DNA of 63,541 bases, filler included, from Globobulimina sp. (Eukaryota), in assembly GCA_003354225.1 (NCBI GenBank). It is 8 parts of 8 records of this genome, joined end to end, with 100 filler letters (N's around TTAATTAATTAA, not from the genome) between each part and the next. Parts side by side here need not be neighbours in the genome. Positions count along the whole stretch, not along the records: positions 55,740 to 63,541 come from PIVH01000118.1; 7 more parts are not named here. One strand, written 5' to 3'. The translations under genes and the position numbers were made by a program. Every line of letters begins with the position of its first letter. The stretch's first letter is position 1. Under the pieces are notes generated by a model. The model was not told the origin of the DNA and did not search any database. It was given only the letters and a program-made list of their open reading frames with translations. Shown here piece after piece: positions 60,796-63,541 of this stretch.

Positions 60796-62697
60796 ATGTC
60801 AACGATGCTTTCACTGCTTTTCATATTTTCTGTGAATAAATTGCAATCTGCAGACGCAAAAAATTATCCATGCAGATGGGAAACAGTGAACTCAACATTT
60901 GATTTATGTGAAATGCAATTACGAGCTATAGGGGATGATAGAACATATTACGAAGTATTTGACAATCGCGCATCAACACTTTTTAATTTTACCTATATCT
61001 TCAATGTATGCAATGATATCGAATCGCGACCGCCAGACGAGATATGTTGGAACAACACATTACGAGCTCGACCCGACAAATTGATGCCAACTGGATATTG
61101 CACAGAGAAGAACGAAACAAATGGCGAATGTCTTGAGATTGAAGACATTGTTGACAACACCGCGGCATATCAAGTCCATCGTGGTCGGGACACCGAGTCG
61201 CGAATTCATGATTGTTACAGAATGCATAATGGCGTGGACGCGCCGCTCTTTTCCTACATCGATGCCACCGATCCTTCATTAGGAGTCCGTATCACTTATA
61301 TCAACGGCGATTACTGTCCAGACGGACAACGAAATCGCGAATTTAGTTTAGAATTTTATTGCAGTGAAATCCTCGAAAATATACCCGACAAAAAAGAAGA
61401 AATCATCTATGAAAATGAGATCTGTTCCTATGTCCTACCAATATATACCTCCTATGGCTGTCCTACGCAATGCCCAATCTCCACAAACACAAATAAATTA
61501 TGCGACGGGCACGGTATCTGCGAATATGATTACACCAACAACCTGTATGTATGTGTTGCAATTGTGTGAAAAATCTACCTATATAACAAAACCAGGCCAA
61601 AATGTTACTGCTATTATGGTTATTGCGGCGCAGATTGCTCTCATAGCGGAGATGCGTGCAGTGCCGACTCACAACAATTGTACAACATCACTGCACCCAA
61701 CGACGACGAAACCTGTTTATTTGCCTTAACTGACTCGTTTGGCACGAACTCATATTATAATTTATCGTATTTTAACTTAAAAGGTGAGAATTTCCAAGTC
61801 GATGACGCATTGGATCGGGAATACGTATACAAGTTCAACATCTGTGGCGATATGGAACTGTTTGAGGATGAGAGTGAGGTTCCAGCCGTTTGCCGCAATT
61901 ATAACCATGGGCCGTGTACACATTTCACAGAGAGTGACAATGGCAATTTTACGTCGCGAGTTTGTGCCAATACCTATGATACATTTGATAGCGACTCCGC
62001 AGCAAAAGCGGTACAGATATATTATCCGAAAAACAACAAATCCGACCCGCTGTGCTATTGGTTAGGGATGGATTTGCCGGACGGATTTGATATGGTCTCT
62101 TACGACGTTGCCTTAATCGATCAGAATGATACCGGCCGCGGAGTGATATTCAAAATCATGAATGGCGAATATTGCGAGGAAGGGGACACCAATCGAGAGT
62201 TGAATGTGATATTAAGGTGTCCGGATACCAGGGGGTGGATTTTTGATCCTTATGTTGAGGCAAAAACGATTTTGAATGAAACCATACTGGAGTCTGACGT
62301 TTGTGTCTATGAAATTGAATTTGAGTCGCCATTGGCTTGTCCAATGAATTGTATTTCGCGAGGCAGTGGCAAGGAGGCGAAGGAATTTTCGGTGTGTAGC
62401 AGTCATGGGATCTGTGCGTCTGACCCGGAAGCACAACAAATCAGATGTTTGTGCGACGAGGGATATACGGGCATTGTGTGTCAATTGAATGCGGCCTTTA
62501 GCACTACATCGAGTGGGGGTGATAGCGGAGGTGGCGGTGGCAAAGGATTGTCGATTGGGGTGGGTGTGGCTGTGGCGTTGTTGGTGTTGATAGTGGCTGG
62601 CTCGTTCGCTTATTTACAAAGAAAGAAGCGGCTGGCGGTCGGGCAATATGAGTTGCAGGGCGACAGTGGACTCATGAGTGAGGAAACTGGCATATAA
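60796..62697 (+). CDS. Mannose-6-phosphate-receptor-homology (MRH/ATG27-like) type I membrane protein with EGF-like domains, 2 exons
   Basis: Signal peptide; two YxFNxC...GV.....NGxYC...C...CxY......CP modules, each followed by an EGF-like Cys cluster; TM helix and short tail. Confidence 0.8.
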
Positions 62698-62915
62698 GCT
62701 GGACTTTAAATTATTTTTATTTTTTTTGTTTAATCATCTTTATTATTGCACTAAATAGCTTTTTTTTGGATTAATACGTATAATTATTATTATTTATTAT
62801 AACATTTGTTTGTAATTATCACTCTCGAAATGCAACTAATAAATCAGTAGAAGAGTAGACACAAACAAGATATTTTTGCGAAATCATGATGTCAAAAAGT
62901 TATAGTTAAATGGTA

Positions 62916-63420
62916 TTATAGTTTTGGTGTAGCATGGAACATAGGCAATGATATACCACCATCCAGAACAATATCTTGACCAGTCAACCACCCACTTTTT
63001 TTATAATCCGTCAAAAATAGTATAAATTCAACACAATCATGGACGGTGCCACATTTCTGTAATGGTGTTACTTTTGACATGCTTTTCCAAAAACGTTCAG
63101 ATTGTTTATCAGTGATATTTGCATTGCTTTGAGTTAGGATGTCTGTTCGAACAAAGCCTAATTCTAAATTATTTACGCGAACATTTTTTTTATGTTTTCT
63201 GGCCAACTCAAAAGCTAAACATTTAGTTAATCCTTGAACTGCAGACTTTGCGATTTGATAATGTACACCGGCTCCTTTTGCTGCATAGTGCGCCGCTAAA
63301 CTGCCAACATTGATTACTGCTGCATTGTAATTAAATAAATTGTCCATTGATAAATATGTGGTTAATAAATATGGAGCAGTGACCATCAAAGCAATATGCC
63401 AATTAAATGATGGTAGTAAC
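62916..63420 (-). CDS. Short-chain dehydrogenase/reductase, C-terminal part (5' outside window); ends in PKL
   Basis: VINVGS, YQIAK (YxxxK), VRVNNL..G.VRT, WLTGQDIVLDGG. Confidence 0.85.
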
Positions 63421-63541
63421 TTATTTATCCCCCTGGAAAATATTACGAAGTTATTTTCTCTCTGGGGTTTTGTAAGAGTTATTGTAGAGCTAGCTGCTTT
63501 TATTGGAAGGGAAGGGAAGGGAGGGACAAAAAGTTCTTTAA

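Overview
This window is not continuous genome. It is eight roughly 7.8-7.9 kb contigs in decreasing size order, joined by artificial 100-nt linkers (N44-TTAATTAATTAA-N44). The DNA is AT-rich, gene-dense and eukaryotic, with short (about 30-90 nt) GT-AG introns. The gene repertoire (7TM-RGS, channel-type adenylate cyclase module, hybrid cluster protein) suggests a protist, plausibly a foraminiferan/rhizarian (inference). Recognisable host genes include a tandem MATH protein, SART1/Snu66, a RING-CH ligase, a RAD5-like SNF2-RING helicase, a GUP1/HHAT MBOAT, ALKBH2, an amidase, a tandem PH protein, a Pumilio-repeat protein, a formin, an intron-containing hybrid cluster protein with an organellar presequence, a CDK, a cNMP-gated/EAG-type K+ channel, PDZ, MRH and SDR proteins. 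The standout is contig 4 (23961-31821), an apparently intact tyrosine-recombinase (DIRS/Ngaro-like) retroelement. Its gag-zinc-finger, RT-RNase H and recombinase ORFs are separated by long AT-rich spacers, and each is preceded by a phase-1 splice acceptor matching a single phase-1 donor at the end of a large 5' ORF. This suggests expression by alternative splicing from one shared exon. Other oddities are a 208-bp TIR-bounded insert whose precise removal restores a reading frame, a hairpin-shaped intron, and a bacterial-type tRNA-Ser with terminator abutting a eukaryotic gene (probable chimera).
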